From: Candidatus Aminicenantes bacterium
GTDB lineage: Bacteria > Acidobacteriota > Aminicenantia > Aminicenantales > Aminicenantaceae
Assembly: GCA_023135995.1 (NCBI GenBank)
Contig: JAGLRY010000028.1
Location: 1 to 34,624, forward strand
Reading direction: 5' to 3'
Length of the DNA: 34,624 bases
The notes below the pieces were generated by a model that saw nothing but the letters and a program-made list of their open reading frames with translations, ran no database searches and was not told the origin of the DNA. Positions within the stretch are counted from its first letter, which is position 1. Each line of letters starts with the position of its first letter. Of this stretch, positions 33,416-34,624 are shown piece by piece. The position numbers and the translations under genes were made by a program.

Positions 33416-34585
33416 TCAAGAAAAAGTCCCTTTGACGAGGAGTTCTCCTCCCCACATCATTTTTTGCCCCTTGGCGATCGAGCCGGAAAGATCCCATTTT
33501 TCATCGAGAAAAACAAGGTCTGCGTCATTCCCCACCTTGATCTCGCCTTTGTGTTCGAGCTTGTAAAAGGCCGCTGCATTTGTGGAAAATAACCGGGTCG
33601 TCTCAGGAACGCTCAAAACTCGTTCTTGAATAAGGTACTTGAAGTTTGCCAAGAGGCTTTTCTGTGTAGCAATGGTCAATCCAGCGAGGTTTCCCTCTTT
33701 ATCGAATACGGGGAGGCTTCCATTGGCGTCGGAGCTGACGGTAATGTTGGTGAGAGGAGCATTCTTTTCTTTACATGACCGGATGGCCGCGGCCACACTG
33801 ATATGGCCTCCCTCTGGGAGATCTGGATCGAGGCCTGCTGTCAGATCTATGTATCCGCCCCTTTGGATGAATTGGATGGACTCTTCGAGCAATTCAAGAT
33901 TGCGGTTGCAGTGAGTGGGAATGAGCTGTGTGATCGGGATCTCTGTTTCTTCGATCAACCGGAAAAACATCTCGAGGCGGCGGCTCCCATCTCCCAGATG
34001 GCAGTGGAATATACCCGCTTTTCCTCCCAGCATTCCTCCCACACGACACTCTGAGGCCAGGCGGCAAAACTCTTCGAATGTGGGTTGGGAGGAGCGGTGG
34101 TCAGAAACGGCGATCTCGCCCGCTCCGATCACTTTGTCGATAAGTATGATATCGGAGCGCAAGCTTCCTGTGAGGGTGACCACAGGAATCTGGTAGGATC
34201 CCGAAAAAATGTATGTGGTGATCCCCTCGGTCTCTAACCCGTTCGCTTTGGCCAGCAAAGACTCCATGTGGCGGGTTGTCCCGTCAGTGCCTAAACAACT
34301 GATCACTGTGGTCACTCCGTTCGTGATGATGTCTTCCACCGTTATCTCGGGAGCACGGGTGGAGGCGCCTCCTTCGCCGCCGCCACCCAATATGTGAGCA
34401 TGACTGTCTATGAATCCAGGAAAAATCCGTTTGCCCGAAGCATCCAATTCATCTATGGGAAACCCTGCAATCCTGATCTGTCCGGGTTCACAGATTGCGC
34501 CGATCTTGCTGTCCAGAATAAGGATGTCTTTTTCACCCAGGGGATCGGGTGAAAAGATCTCTCCGCCTCGCACTAGAATGACCAT
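33416..34585 (-). CDS. iadA: Isoaspartyl dipeptidase (beta-aspartyl peptidase, amidohydrolase superfamily)
   Basis: FIDSHAHILGGGGEGGASTRAPE matches the IadA signature. ATG 34585 has GGAGG 5 nt upstream. The track ORF start at 34615 adds 10 aa without an SD. Confidence 0.85.
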   Translation of the reverse strand: MVILVRGGEIFSPDPLGEKDILILDSKIGAICEPGQIRIAGFPIDELDASGKRIFPGFIDSHAHILGGGGEGGASTRAPEITVEDIITNGVTTVISCLGTDGTTRHMESLLAKANGLETEGITTYIFSGSYQIPVVTLTGSLRSDIILIDKVIGAGEIAVSDHRSSQPTFEEFCRLASECRVGGMLGGKAGIFHCHLGDGSRRLEMFFRLIEETEIPITQLIPTHCNRNLELLEESIQFIQRGGYIDLTAGLDPDLPEGGHISVAAAIRSCKEKNAPLTNITVSSDANGSLPVFDKEGNLAGLTIATQKSLLANFKYLIQERVLSVPETTRLFSTNAAAFYKLEHKGEIKVGNDADLVFLDEKWDLSGSIAKGQKMMWGGELLVKGTFS

Positions 34586-34624
34586 TTCTACCTCCAATTT
34601 GCCTGAATTATTCATAAAAGCTGC

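Noticed and set aside
1-34624. CRISPR arrays, tRNA/rRNA genes, toxin-antitoxin pairs, restriction-modification or other recognisable defence systems, and prophage remnants.
   Set aside because: There are no regularly spaced direct repeats, no cloverleaf-compatible intergenic sequence, and no nuclease, methylase, integrase or capsid-like ORFs among the translated frames.

Overview
This is a bacterial chromosomal window with about 34 protein-coding genes. I found no rRNA, tRNA, CRISPR array, transposase, integrase or phage genes. Gene order: cutA and an M20 peptidase (-); a six-gene polysaccharide cluster of five glycosyltransferases plus a WbaP-type priming phosphotransferase (+, 2059-8960); a tightly packed eight-gene minus-strand operon (9120-17068) of MacA-like adaptor, MacB-type ABC ATPase, Yip1-family membrane protein, DUF4388-like protein, miaA, hflX, TPR+SLH lipoprotein and a pgsA-like gene; suhB plus a membrane-anchored PA-IL/LecA-like protein (+); accB-accC (-); the conserved ffh / rpsP-KH-rimM-trmD-rplS-rnhB block followed by a TPR protein (+); a GAF-type sigma-54 enhancer-binding protein, a small CxxC/Lys-rich protein, a GT4 and a GT-C (DUF2029-like) membrane glycosyltransferase (+); and iadA-nhaC (-). 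Most content is housekeeping. The unexplained signal is non-coding. (1) A 49-bp nested palindrome resembling a REP doublet (REPIN: GTAG heads, two perfect 9-bp hairpins with compensatory changes) occurs twice as exact reverse complements (55 bp identical). The two copies bracket the whole 8.2-kb minus-strand operon, whose orientation opposes both flanks, which suggests a repeat-mediated inversion. (2) A second intergenic element family, with long (~100 nt) and short (~45 nt) forms, has at least six copies sharing a conserved 20-mer, four of them pointing at nearby gene starts. Also notable: rimM is split by a frameshift inside a T10 tract; the MacA/ABC-ATPase locus has a Yip1 protein in the permease slot and no FtsX/MacB permease (a YknWXYZ-like set lacking YknZ); and the polysaccharide cluster has no Wzx/Wzy/export genes. 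All functional calls come from reading the translated ORFs and motifs by eye. No database search was run.
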